NCBI GenBank assembly: GCA_964016885.1
Contig: OZ024761.1
Coordinates: forward strand, 30,442,001 to 30,506,000
From: Eledone cirrhosa
Lineage: Eukaryota
Length of the DNA: 64,000 nucleotides
Direction: 5' to 3'
Below, piece by piece: positions 43,824-56,235 of the stretch. Both the position numbers and the translations under genes were made by a program. Within the stretch, counting starts at the first letter, position 1. Each line of letters starts with the position of its first letter. A model generated the notes under the pieces. That model saw only the letters and a list, made by a program, of their open reading frames with translations, was not told the DNA's origin and searched no databases.

Positions 43824-44809
43824 TGTTAGTTCATCCACAAAGTTGATTACATTGATACCAGTTCATGACTGGTACTTTAGGAGAGGTGGTGTTTATCATA
43901 AAAGGTCCATCTGTTGGCTTGGTTGTTAGTTCATCCATAAAGTTAATTACATTAACCTCAGTACTATGACTGGACATCTCTGGTATTTAGTCATCTCGGG
44001 TCCTCTGTAGCAATCTAGCGGCCCAAGGTGGACACCACAGCCATCAAGAGACCAACACAACAAATAAGTGGTCAGTGGAGTCATCTAAAGTGTTTCCTGT
44101 CCACTTTACAATACAGTAACCATTGAGAACAGTAGTAACTATAGTTTAGTGAAGTACTTGACCAGTTGGGTAGTGAGGTTGTAGTGATTAGGACGGTAGT
44201 GGTGGTATTGGTGGTGGTGGTGGTGGTATTGATGGTGGTGGTGATAATGATGGTAGTGGTGGTATTGGTGGTAGTGGTGGTATTGGTGGTATTGATGGTG
44301 GTGGTGATAATGATGGTGGTGGGTATTGGTGGGTTTGATGGTAGTGGTGGTATTGATGGTAGTGGTGGTATTGGTGGTATTGATGGTGGTGGTGATAATG
44401 ATGGTAGTGGTGGTATTGGTGGGTTTGAGGATGGCAGGGGTGGTGACATTCTTATAGTGCTAGTGTTGTTGTGGTGGTAGTAGTGATGGTGGTGGTGGTA
44501 TTGATGGTTGTGGTATTGGGGATGGTGGTGGTGGAGGCAGTGATGATGGTATTGGTTGTGGTTGTGACATTGTTAGTGCTAGAGTGGTGGTGGCAGTAAC
44601 ACTGACTGGTAGTATCATGGTGGTGGTGGTGGAGGCAGTGACTTGCCTTCTCTCCCCCCCCCCACATTCACACATATACACTCGCATGCATACTCACACT
44701 TACACACACACACACACTCACACCATACACACACAACCTTCACTAGAAGACTCTAATTATACTCCCTCCACATTCCCTCTACCTTTAGTAGTTAATTGGG
44801 GTGACTGTC

Positions 44810-45136
44810 TTCTCTCTCTCTCTCTCTATCTCTATCTCTCTCACTCTCTATCTCTCTCACTCTCTCTCTCTCACTCTCTCACTCTCTCTCTCTCACTCTC
44901 TCTCTCTCTCTCTCTCACTCTCTCTCTCTCTCACTCTCTCACTCTCTCTCTCTCACTCTCTCTCTCTCTCACTCTCTCACTCTCTCTCTCACACTCACTC
45001 TCTCTCACTCTCTCTCACTCTCTCACTCTCTCTCTCACTCTCTCTCTCTCTCTCACTCTCTCACTCACTCACTCACTCACTCACTCACTCACTCACTCAC
45101 TCACTCACTCACTCACTCACTCACTCACTCACTCAC

Positions 45137-45178
<42 letters not shown>

Positions 45179-45185
45179 TCACTCA

Positions 45186-45226
<41 letters not shown>

Positions 45227-46390
45227 CTCTCGCTCTCTCGCTCTCTCTCTCACTCTCTCTCACTCTCTCTCACTCTCTCTCAATCTCTCAATCTCTCAAA
45301 CTCTCACTCTCTCTCTCACTCTCTCTCTCACTCTCTCGCTCTCTCTCTCGCTCTCTCTCTCGCTCTCTCTCTCGCTCTCTCTCACTCTTTCGCTCACTCA
45401 CTCTCACTCTCTCTCTCGCTCTCTCTCACTCTTTCGCTCACTCACTCTCACTCTCTCTCTCACTCTTTCTCACTCTCTCACTCACTCTTTCTCACTCTCT
45501 CACTCACTCTTTCTCACTCTCTCACTCACTCACTCTTTCTCACTCTCTCACTCACTCTTTCTCACTCTCTCACTCACTCTTTCTCACTCTCACTCTCTCT
45601 CTCTCACTCACACTCACTCTCTCACACACACTCTCTCCCCATCTACCCCACCCCTACACTGTGTTTAACACCCACCCTCACCCCACCTCCTACACTGTTC
45701 TAACACCCCACCTACCTATATTGTCTCTGATACCCCCTCCATCTCTTACACTGCCTCTAAACCCCTCACTCCCATCCAACACTCTCCAACACACCCCCAC
45801 CTCACCCTTCACCTCCCACCCTACACTCACCTCACTCTCACCCATACCCCCCATCCTACACTGTCTCTAACACTCCCCCACCTCACCCGTCACCTCCCAC
45901 CCTACACTCACCTCACTCTCACCCATACCTCCCACCCTACACTGCCTCTAACACTCTCCCACCCTACACTCTCTAACACTCCCCCACCTCACCCTTCACC
46001 TCCCACCCTACACTCTAACACTCCCCCACCTCACCCTTCACCTCCCACCCTACACTGTCTCTAACATTCCCCCACCTCACCCTTCACCTCCCACCCTGCA
46101 CTGTCTCCAACATACCCCCACCTCACCCTTCACCTCCCACTCTACACTGTCTCTAACACTCCCCCACCTCACCCCTCACTGTCTCCAACACCATCTATGT
46201 GTCATACACACCCCCACTGCACCCCTCACCCATCCAACACTCTCCAACATACCCCCACCTCACCTCTCACCTCCCACCCAACACTGTCTCCAACATACCC
46301 CCACCTCACCCCACACCTCCCACCCTACACTGTCTCTAACACTCCCCCCACCCCCCACCGTTTCTAACACTCCCCCACCGTCTCCAACAT
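44810..46390. repeat. (CT)n/(CACT)n tract followed by a C-rich ~46 bp minisatellite
   Basis: Unit CACTCCCCCACCTCACCCTTCACCTCCCACCCTACACTGTCTCTAA. Confidence 0.88.
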
Positions 46391-47295
46391 TATCAATGTG
46401 TCCTGTCTTATTAATCTCTCAATTATTTCTTTGTCACTTGTAGACTTGTGACAATAGCTGCCACCATAGTTGTTGTCACATTTAGATGCATGGCCAGCAT
46501 TTTTGAGGGGGAAGAGAGAGGGAAAGTCGATTAAATTGACCCCAGTGCATTACTGGTACTTTATTTTGTTGACCCTGAAGGATGAAAGACTAAACTAACC
46601 TCCACTGGATTTTTGATTTAGGCACAAAATCAATAATTTAGATAGGAGGTGGAAAAGTGGGAAAGTTGATTAAACCGACCGCAGTATGTTACTGGTACTT
46701 TGTTTTATTGACCCTGTAAAAATGAAAGGCTAAACCGAACCAGTGTATTACTGGTACTTTATTTTATCGACACCGTAAGGATGAAAGGCAAAGTTAACCT
46801 CGGCGGAATTTGAACTCAGATCATAAAGGGAGTAATGAAATTATTGTGTACAGTGCTTAGGTGCACTGCAACTCATCAAAGGTGCATGTATAGTGCATAG
46901 AATAATGTACAAATGTCAGGAAAGTTGACAGTGTACGAGTCATGAAATACATGTGTGCGTGTGTATGGAAGAGGAATATCAGGTGTAGTGTTGGTGAATT
47001 TCAGGAAGCATGGAGCTTTTAAAAGATGCAGTGTCTCAGCAGCTAACAACTGATGCAGCTAACAACTGATGCAGCTAGTTTGTTCCATGCTTCAGTAACT
47101 CCGAGCATAAAAAAATGTTTCCGAAGGTCATGAGAGCTGTGCTGATATATGGGTGTATTAATACTTTTGTTATCTGTTTATCTATATATGTATTTATGTG
47201 TAGATGTGTGTGTATGTAACTAATTTATTTATTCATTTTGCAATTATTTTCTCACTGTTTATTTTTCTTTTCTCTCCATTTTTCTCTTTATCCAG

Positions 47296-47431
47296 TACAA
47301 TATAGAATCGCTATGTCCTAGGGGCCGAACACCACTCCATTTGGCGGTCACTTTGGGTCACCTGGAAAGTGCTAAAATCCTTATGCAGCATGGTGCAAAC
47401 GCTAATGCTGAAAATGCAGCTTTCTGGTCAG
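47296..47431 (+). CDS. ANKRD13: ANKRD13-family gene, first identified coding exon (ankyrin repeat)
   Basis: Polypyrimidine tract + CAG acceptor, GTAAGT donor; translates [45 protein letters not shown], matching the remembered ANKRD13 motif [15 protein letters not shown]. Confidence 0.95.
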
Positions 47432-47531
47432 GTAAGTGGTCGTTGCTTATCTTGTTGATTGTTTTGTTTTTGTTTTTAGATAAAGAAGGCATACATTGAT
47501 CGGATACATATCAATCAGTGCCATGAGAAAT

Positions 47532-47990
47532 TGCACCCAGTACACTCTGTAAAGTGGTAGTATTCATGCTACAATAAAATGCACCCAGTACACTCTGTAA
47601 AGTGGTAGTATTCATGCTACAATAAAATGCACCTAGTACTCTCTGTAAAGTGGTAGTATTTATGCTACAATAAAATGCACCCAGTACACTCTGTAAAGTG
47701 GTAGTATTCATGCTACAATAAAATGCACCCAGTACACTCTGTAAAGTGGTAGTATTCATGCTACAATAAAATGCACCCAGTACACTCTGTAAAGTGGTAG
47801 TATTCATGCTACAATAAAATGCACCTAGTACACTCTGTAAAGTGGTAGTATTCATGCTACAATAAAATGCACCCAGTACACTCTGTAAAGTGGTAGTATT
47901 CATGCTACAATAAAATGCACCTAGTAGACTCTGTAAAGTGGTAGTATTCATGCTACAATAAAATGCACCCAGTACACTCTGTAAAGTGGT
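47532..47990. repeat. 48 bp minisatellite, about 9.5 copies, in an ANKRD13 intron
   Basis: Unit TGCACCCAGTACACTCTGTAAAGTGGTAGTATTCATGCTACAATAAAA. Confidence 0.96.
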
Positions 47991-48842
47991 TCATTCCTGT
48001 AACTAACAGATAAACTTATTTTAATGCTATCCTGCCTAACAAACCATCTCTTTAATCACCGTTAGTCCAAATAAACCCATTCTTAACCATTTGGAATTGC
48101 AAATACTTATTAACCCTTTAATGTTCAAACCGGCCAAAACCAGCCATAATTCTCTACCTCTTTCTGTTGAAACTGGCTGTAACTGGTCGCTCAAACTGAT
48201 GTTAAGGTATTGTTCTCAAAATAAATACTTTCAAAATCTCATAGATTCAATATTATGTGAGATAATTATGCGAGGTAAAGCCTTTACCATGAAAATATAA
48301 TAGTATATATATATAGAGTATATATATGAAAATATAATAGTATATATATATATAGAGGAATATTAAAGGGTTAATGTATGTATATGTATGTATGGTCCTT
48401 GATGGAGTTGTAAGGGCACCGTATTGACATACAGCGTTTCTTCAGCATTTTAAGTCTGGCAGAGCCTGAGTACAGCAGATTATTTCCAGATAGAGGAAGA
48501 ATGAACCCCAGTATTAGACTGGTATAAAACTTAACCTACTTTAAAAAACTTAATACAAAAGCCTAATCATAAAAAAACTTGTGAAAATATTGAAGCTAAC
48601 CTAGGTAAATTATTAAACAATATATATCTAAATATAAGAATTACTAACTAAGAATTATCCTGAAATAATTCAAATAACTAACTCAATAATTAAATAGACT
48701 TGTATAAACGAAATAAACATTTATTATAACTTTTAAACAAATATAAAGAATCTAAATAGATTAAAAAATGCATACACGAAATAAAATGTTATATAAACAA
48801 ATTATATAAAAATTTTCCTAAACAATATAATAATGATAATAA

Positions 48843-49180
48843 TAATGAAATAATTGTATACAGTGCTCAGGTGCACAAACAACTCATCAAAGGTGCATGT
48901 ATAGGACATAGAATAATGCACAAATGTCAGGAAAGTGAACAGTGTATGAGTCATGATATACATGTGTGTTTGTGTGTATGGAGGGGGGGGGGGATATCAG
49001 GTGTAGTGTTGGCGAATTTCAGGAAGTATGGATGTTTTAAAGGATGCAGTGTCTCGGCAGCTAACAACTGATGTAGGTAGTTTGTTCCATGTTTCAGCAA
49101 CTCTGAGCATGAAAAAATGTTTCCGAAAGTCATGGGAGCTGTGCTGTTTTCTGACTTTGTAGGCATGTCCACGTGTATTA
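48843..49180 (-). mobile_element. CR1-like LINE 3' fragment; second copy at 46835-47143
   Basis: HDFRKHFFMLRVAETWNKLPTSVVSCRDTASFKT-type C-terminus and (TAT)n tail. Confidence 0.8.
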
Positions 49181-49245
49181 GATACATGGATTAAACCAAA
49201 TTATCAAACAATAAAACAAATATCTTTGTTCAATCCTCATTTCAG

Positions 49246-49370
49246 TCCTTCATGAAGCAACAGGAACAGGTGACCCAGAACTGGTTCAGTTAGCCCTGAA
49301 ATACAGAGACTACCAACGTTACAGTAAACGGTCGGCTGGAATACCAGACCTACTGCAAAAGCTGAAAGAA
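49246..49370 (+). CDS. ANKRD13: ANKRD13 coding exon (end of ankyrin region)
   Basis: TTTCAG acceptor, GTAAGT donor, phase matches previous exon; (V)LHEATGTGDPELVQLALKYRDYQRYSKRSAGIPDLLQKLKE. Confidence 0.95.
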
Positions 49371-49484
49371 GTAAGTATTATTCTTTCATTCCTGTCTTTC
49401 TGTGGGAAAGGACCCTTGTTCTCCTTGTCTATAAATCTGTGACACCACCAGGCCATAAACTCCACAAATTCCTCTGTGGCACCA

Positions 49485-50170
49485 CACTCTATAGGCATGG
49501 AGCTGTCCGGGATGCGTGCAGAGCGACGAAACCGTTTTGCATGCACTCGTCCAATGCCCGTGTATTGCAGACTTACGGAGTTATGTCGACAACTATTATC
49601 ACGTGTGGGACGGATCCGGTTATCGACCGAGTCCATAGTGAAGATCGACCTGCTGCCGCCTTTTGACTGGGAAGAGCAGGCAGTTTTCCTCCTCTGTCTT
49701 ATAGCTGTAGAGAAATAGGTTGTATGGTGGACGTGACTGAAAGGTCTGAAGACAGACACTTTCTGCTTCGGTCAAGCCCTCGTCAGCTTTTTCAAGTTCC
49801 ACTTTGAAAGGAAGATAAGCGTGGAGAGAGAAATGCTGCCTCCCAGAATATTTTTTAAGAGGTGGGTGATTGTTGCTAGAATGGCCTGTGTGAATATGCC
49901 TCTCAGCATATGCCTGTAGGCTGGAAAGATGGAGGGAGAGAGGAGTGCCCTCCTAGGGTGCTCTTGGAGATGAGGGTTGGTTGGAATATGTGGGGTTCCA
50001 AACGTCATTCTTGGGTGGTATCCCCACCCTATTGGGGAATTCTGTTGTTGATATTTTATTTTTTTGTTTATTTGTTTTGTTAATTTTTTTACTCGATAGC
50101 ATGTAAATCCCCATTGTCCCTGTCTTTGTATTGTCTTCTATGTTTGGCCCTTGTGGCCAATAATGAAGAA
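49485..50170 (+). mobile_element. Tx1/L1-like LINE 3' remnant; related copies 5283-5845 (+) and 15748-15965 (-)
   Basis: Zinc-knuckle remnant CPGCVQSDETVLHALVQCP; shared 3' UTR ending CCC(C/T)TGTGGC(C/T)AATAA. Confidence 0.75.
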
Positions 50171-50713
50171 ATCATTATTATCATCACTAGCAGAAAAACC
50201 ACTCTTTGGGTGGTTTACTGCTAGCATGTGTAGTGTACATATTGATATTATACACAAATATATACATGCATTTAGATATGATACATCAAATAAAATCGTA
50301 ATTGACAATGTACACAGAAATTGAACGAAGACTGCGTTACACTCTCTTAAGTAATCCACGATACATTTAAAAAAGATGATAGTATATATAAACTGCAATT
50401 AGGAGAAAATTAGCGACGGAAATATATGAATGTTTATATAAGCGATGTAATAAGTGTTATAATACAACGGGCGCTAACCGGAAGTGTTGACATTTGAAAA
50501 TTTTAAAGAAGTGAATCTTGATATAAGCAATAAAATTATTTATATTTAATCAAGGTTTCGAAATTTAGTACATAAATTATGTAATATTCATTCATTATTT
50601 ATTCAAAGTAATCCAACTTATTTTACAAACGGGATAAAAAAAATATATTCGGGACGCAGTCCCGCACTCCTCCCTTTATTATATTATGATTATTATTGTT
50701 ATTATTATTCTAG

Positions 50714-50759
50714 TCCCCTGATTTTTATGTTGAGATGAAATGGGAATTTACAAGTTGGG
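50714..50759 (+). CDS. ANKRD13: ANKRD13 coding exon (46 nt)
   Basis: TAG / GTAAGT; SPDFYVEMKWEFTSW, a hallmark ANKRD13 motif. Confidence 0.96.
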
Positions 50760-51249
50760 GTAAGTAACCTTAATATATTTTTCCTGTGACATCACTGTTA
50801 TTAACATCTTAACATCTGGCAATGATTTCACAGAAAATATCTAAAAACAAGTTTAATTCAAATGTTTATAGTATCTTTGCAGTATTATGTTAGAGTAAAG
50901 ACTTGAAATTTTTAATGTTTTGCTAATGCTCTTTGATGTGGTACAGGGCATTAAGAGTTAATCAGCTGTGTCCTTCTGGCCTTGTACGTGCCTATAAGGA
51001 TGATTAACCCTTTAGCATTTAATCTAGCCATATCCGGCCAGAATTCTCTCACCTCAGTTTGTTCAAACTGGCCACTCATACTGACGTTAAGGTATTGTTC
51101 TCAATATAAATAACATCAAAATCTCGTAGATTCGATATTATGTGAGATAATTATATACAGTAAAGCCTTTTACTCAAAAATACAATAGTAAATATAGAGT
51201 AATGTAAATGCTAAAGGGTTAATGAAGATGATGATGATTTATATGGAGA

Positions 51250-51710
51250 GCTGTTCAGCTTCTTTGCTGGTCAGTTGTATGTGTGTATTGCCTCAACTCC
51301 ACTTGAGTCATCATCATCCTCGTTTTTATGTCTGTTTTTTCATGCTTGCATGGGTTGGATGGGTCATTCTCAGCTCGGCATCTCTTCACTTGTCGCGATA
51401 CTTTGTCATCATCTCTGTGAGTCTCAGTTATTTGAGATCAGCTCTCACAACCTCTGCCCAGGTCTTTCTTTGTCTGCTTCTACTGCAACTTCCTTCCTGG
51501 CACTTCTTCACCCAACGATCATTGTCCATGCGCATCACATGTCCAGTTATTCACCTGTTATAAGCAACAGTTTCACGTCTTCCAGCGGTCTGACTTCTCT
51601 TTTTCCAAGACCTTGGAAATCACCCTTGAGTGCTTTGTTGGCCAGAGATATCTCTGGTTGGTGAATGACATGGCCAAACCATTGGAGTCAGTTATTTTGG
51701 AATGACTTGT
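51250..51710 (-). mobile_element. Two adjacent degenerate RTE 3' fragments
   Basis: GHVMRMDNDRWVKKCQE remnant plus tail (51250-51545); QNN*LQWFGHVIHQPE remnant (51560-51710). Confidence 0.75.
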
Positions 51711-52760
51711 AAAACCATATTATTAGGTCCCAGCTTGTCAGTTGTTATCAACTTTCCTCTCTTAACAAATTGTTAGCTTGAAAACCATATTATTAGGTCC
51801 CAGCTTGTCAGTTGTTATCAACTTTCCTCTCTTAACAAATTGTTAGCTTGAAAACCATATTATTAGGTCCCAGCTTGTCAGTTGTTATCAACTTCCCTCT
51901 CTTAACAAATTGTTAGCTTGAAAACCATATTATTAGGTCCCAGCTTGTCAGTTGTTATCAACTTCCCTCTCTTAACAAATTGTTAGCTTGAAAACCATAT
52001 TATTAGGTCCCAGCTTGTCAGTTGTTATCAACTTCCCTCTCTTAACAAATTGTTAGCTTGAAAACCATATTATTAGGTCCCAGCTTGTCAGTTGTTATCA
52101 ACTTTCCTCTCTTAACAAATTGTTAGCTTGAAAACCATATTATTAGGTCCCAGCTTGTCAGTTGTTATCAACTTCCTCTCTTAACAAATTGTTAGCTTGA
52201 AAACCATATTATTAGGTCCCAGCTTGTCAGTTGTTATCAACTTCCCTCTCTTAACAAATTGTTAGCTTGAAAACCATATTATTAGGTCCCAGCTTGTCAG
52301 TTGTTATCAACTTCCCTCTCTTAACAAATTGTTAGCTTGAAAACCATATTATTAGGTCCCAGCTTGTCAGTTGTTATCAACTTCCCTCTCTTAACAAATT
52401 GTTAGCTTGAAAACCATATTATTAGGTCCCAGCTTGTCAGTTGTTATCAACTTCCTCTCTTAACAAATTGTTAGCTTGAAAACCATATTATTAGGTCCCA
52501 GCTTGTCAGTTGTTATCAACTTCCCTCTCTTAACAAATTGTTAGCTTGAAAACCATATTATTAGGTCCCAGCTTGTCAGTTGTTATCAACTTCCTCTCTT
52601 AACAAATTGTTAGCTTGAAAACCATATTATTAGGTCCCAGCTTGTCAGTTGTTATCAACTTTCCTCTCTTAACAAATTGTTAGCTTGAAAACCATATTAT
52701 TAGGTCCCAGCTTGTCAGTTGTTATCAACTTCCCTCTCTTAACAAATTGTTAGCTTGAAA
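51711..52760. repeat. 70 bp near-perfect tandem array, 15 copies, in an ANKRD13 intron
   Basis: Unit AAAACCATATTATTAGGTCCCAGCTTGTCAGTTGTTATCAACTT(T/C)CCTCTCTTAACAAATTGTTAGCTTG; starts at 51711 and 51781. Confidence 0.97.
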
Positions 52761-52806
52761 AAAAAAACATTATTTATATTATAAAAAAACAAATCATTAT
52801 TAAAAG

Positions 52807-53003
52807 CTGGTGGATTGGTAGTATCGGTAGAACATCAGACGCCATGTTTTGCAGCATAGTTACGGCCCTTTACCTTCTTGGTTCAAATCCCGCCGAGGTT
52901 AACTTTACCTTTCATCCTTACGGGGTCGATAAAATAAAGTACCAGTAATGTGCTGGGTAATTGCTGGCCTTGTGCCAAAAGTAGAAACAATTATTATTAT
53001 TAT
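52807..53003 (+). mobile_element. SINE family A copy. Other copies: 2889-3060+, 18385-18557+, 31418-31612-, 37010-37197+, 37308-37455+, 46490-46830-, 55296-55487+, 55785-55950-, 57872-58007-, 63780-63940-
   Basis: Recurrent ~185 bp consensus ending GGCCTTGTGCCAAAAGTAGAAACA(ATT)n. Confidence 0.9.
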
Positions 53004-53021
53004 TTTTCTTTTTCCCATTAG

Positions 53022-53075
53022 TTCCGCTGGTATCTAGAGTGTGTCCAAGCGATGTATACAGAGTTTGGAAGAGTG
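53022..53075 (+). CDS. ANKRD13: ANKRD13 coding exon (54 nt)
   Basis: TAG / GTAAGT; (V)PLVSRVCPSDVYRVWKS(G). Confidence 0.95.
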
Positions 53076-53866
53076 GTAAGTAATTGTTAATTTTTTTTAA
53101 ATTTAAGAATTATCATCTGTGCTAATCAATCAGGGGGGTTCTATCTTTATATTCAACACACTTTGAATTCAGAATTGGATATGTGAATGGGAGTGGGGAG
53201 GGGGGGGGGGGCTTTTCTGAGGAAATTATATCAGCCTTTGCCCTTTATTTGAACTGCATTGGAGGCATGGAGAGGAGAAACGACATATATAGGCAACTTA
53301 ACAAAAGTATTTATATAAAATTATGATAGAAGTTTTTTGGATAAATGTTAAGTTTATCAAAGAACCAAGAGCAGTTTCAGTCAGATTAGTAAGAAAGGAT
53401 TTCAGTTGGTAACTGAGACATAACTTAAAGGTTTTTACATAAAATTCTGATCAAAAGTTTTTAGATAGATATTAAAATATAGCTTTAGTTAAGCTATACT
53501 TAAAATAACAACAAACAGTGTTTTGTTGAACTGTTGCTTATTGTGTGGCAAACATTTACAAAGTGTAAGGAGGAACAATCTGTCCCTAATGTCCAGGTCT
53601 TGTTAACTGCTTAACCAGAAGTCCATTCACTGCTGACCAGTTCAGTAACCAGTCTGCAGTAAAGTCCCTTCCATCAACAGTTTGCCTTTACAAGCTTGTG
53701 GCAATGCTCTTCAAGCACTTTATAACCAGCAGTTTTGTATTGAGTGATTTCAGGCAGTTTGATATCAAAAGGTTTAAAGATGTATGTAATGACTGATACC
53801 CCATATACTCTTGGGGGTTTTCTCCTTTCTGTCTACTTCTAATATTCCTTCACCTTGTATTTGTAG

Positions 53867-53956
53867 GCTCCAATGTACGTATTGACACAACACTGCTGGG
53901 TTTCGATAGTATGAAGTGGCAGAGAGGAAGTAGAAGTTACATTTTCAAAGGCAGAT
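53867..53956 (+). CDS. ANKRD13: ANKRD13 coding exon (start of GPCR-chaperone domain)
   Basis: TAG / GTAAGC; (G)SNVRIDTTLLGFDSMKWQRGSRSYIFKGR. Confidence 0.95.
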
Positions 53957-54305
53957 GTAAGCAGACAACTCTAGTTATTTCATCTCTCACTTCTATCTAC
54001 TTCTTTCTCTCTATCTTTCTCTATCTATGTATATATATATATATAACAATCTCTCTCTATCTCAATATATATGTACATATATCTCTATCAATCTCTCTAT
54101 CTATCTATCTATCTATCTATCTATATATATATAGAGAATCTGAGATGAGCGTACATACCAAGTCATAACTGAGGATCTTTCGATTCCAGAGTCAGATTCG
54201 ATCCATAATAGATCGTTACTCGAGCTGATCGACAGTGAAACACATGTAATATGTTATTAAATATGTTATGATGCAACACTGGCTCTTTGTTCCTTTATTC
54301 TTATA

Positions 54306-54376
<71 letters not shown>

Positions 54377-54544
54377 AATCTGTCTATCCTTCCCTTTATT
54401 CTGCTTTTTGTGTCCTTTTCTCTTTCTCCTCTTCTGCCATGGATACACGCATACACATATATATGCACACACACACACCCCACACACAGATAGGCACATT
54501 TGTTTGACACTGTTCTTTCTGTTCTTGTTTAACCTCTGACCCAG

Positions 54545-54728
54545 GTCAATCTGCAACAGTGATGGAGGTCGATCATGACAGCCAAGAGGTTTATTCAGAA
54601 ACCATCCAGATTCAGCAGGTACCGATGATGTCATCCATCCTTGAGCCGACTGCAGAGGAAGTGGCTGCACGACTTACTTCCCCTATAATGACTACTTTCA
54701 TAGATACAGATAAAATAGCTTTTGAAAG
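54545..54728 (+). CDS. ANKRD13: ANKRD13 coding exon
   Basis: CAG / GTTTGT; (C)QSATVMEVDHDSQEVYSETI...EEVAARLTSPIMTTFIDTDKIAFE(R); phases consistent. Confidence 0.93.
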
Positions 54729-54945
54729 GTTTGTATGCCATGACTTCACTGTCACCGTTTTGGGAGTTGCTTTTTTCATATTTGTTGCTCCTAGTCACTC
54801 ATTTCTGTACACCTATGGCTATTTTCTGGCCATTTCATCTGTCTCTTATGTGGTTATTGTTATACCACTACCTGGCCCCAGCTAACTGTAATATCTATAC
54901 ATAATATAAAAAAGAGATGTTTGTTTGTTGGTAGTTTGTCCTTTC

Positions 54946-55200
54946 TCAGTCGATGTAATCACCCCTTCCTTCCTCAGTTGACGTCATCACCCCTTCTTTC
55001 CTCAGTCGACGTTATCTCCCCTTCCTTCCTTAGTCGAAGTTATCTCCCCTTCCTTCTTCAGTCGAAGTTATCCCCCCTGCCTTCCTCAGTCAACGTTATC
55101 TCCCCTTCCTTCGTCAGTCAACGTTATCTCCCCTTCCTTCGTCAGTCAACGTTATCTCCCCTTCCTTCCTCAGTCAACGTTATCACCCCTTCCTTCAGTC
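54946..55200. repeat. 28 bp minisatellite, about 9 copies
   Basis: Unit TCAGTCAACGTTATCTCCCCTTCCTTCC. Confidence 0.9.
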
Positions 55201-55543
55201 ATCTCTAGTGTGTGATGGACAACTACACATTGGCTTTTATTGTAATGCACTGGGTAATTGCTGGCCTTGTGCCAAAAGTAGAAACAATTATATTACTGGT
55301 GGATTGGCAGTATCGGTAGAGGGTCGGATGCTATGCTTTGACGCACAGAGTTACGGCCCTTGCCATTCTGAGTTCGAATCCCGCCGAGGTTAACTTTGCC
55401 TTTCATCCTTACGGGGTCGATAAAATAAAGTACCAGTAATACACTGGGTAATTGCTGGCCTTGTGCCAAAAGTAGAAACAATTATTGTTGCTGTTGTTGT
55501 ATTTCAATATTCATCTGTCTCTCTTTCTTTCCCTCCTCAACAG

Positions 55544-55610
55544 GAACAAGTCAGGTATATGGGGATGGCGAAGTGATAGATCTGAAGTTATCAATGGATA
55601 TGACAGCAAG
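55544..55610 (+). CDS. ANKRD13: ANKRD13 coding exon
   Basis: CAG / GTGAGA; [22 protein letters not shown]. Confidence 0.95.
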
Positions 55611-56038
55611 GTGAGAAGAGTTTCTCTTTCTCTCTCTTTTTCTCTGTTTCTCTCTCTCCTCTGTTTTCTTCTGTCTGTCTCTCTCTCTCTCTCAACAGTG
55701 CTATCTCTCTCTCTCTCCCTCTCTCAACAGTGCTATCCCCCAATACCCCCCTCCCCCTATCTCTCAACAGTGAAATAAATCAATGATTTCTAACTTTGGC
55801 AGAAAGCTAGCTATTTTGGGGGGTGGGCAGGTGGCGGAAGAATGAAAAGGAGAAAGTTGTTATATCAACCCCAGTACTTGACTGGTACTTCATTTTATCA
55901 ACCACAGTTCAGTGAAAAAACGAAGTTGAACTTGGCAAGATGTGAACTTTGTTGTTACAGTTGTTACTGTGGTTGTTATTATTGTTGTACAACAACACCA
56001 AAACTGTAACAACTACAACCTATTTTACACTGTACTTA

Positions 56039-56195
56039 ACCTATATACTTGAATATAAGTTGAGGAATATGTGACCAAAAGTTCAATTGTAGAAGGGGGG
56101 CGGTATATATTTGGGGTCAATGTTTTGACAATTTTAACCAACTTCAAATTCATCACATTTTTGCCCATTTCTTAGCCATAAATTATGTTTTCAAA

Positions 56196-56235
<40 letters not shown>

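Noticed and set aside
44078-44120. VFPVHF as ANKRD13 exon 1
   Set aside because: In-frame TAA four codons later and no donor
50340-50680. Possible Helitron/Helentron-like element with hairpin CGGGAC-GCA-GTCCCG
   Set aside because: Single copy in the window, no CTRR end or definable boundaries
51711-52760. CRISPR-like appearance of this and the 71, 41 and 48 bp arrays
   Set aside because: No unique spacers, no cas genes, eukaryotic context
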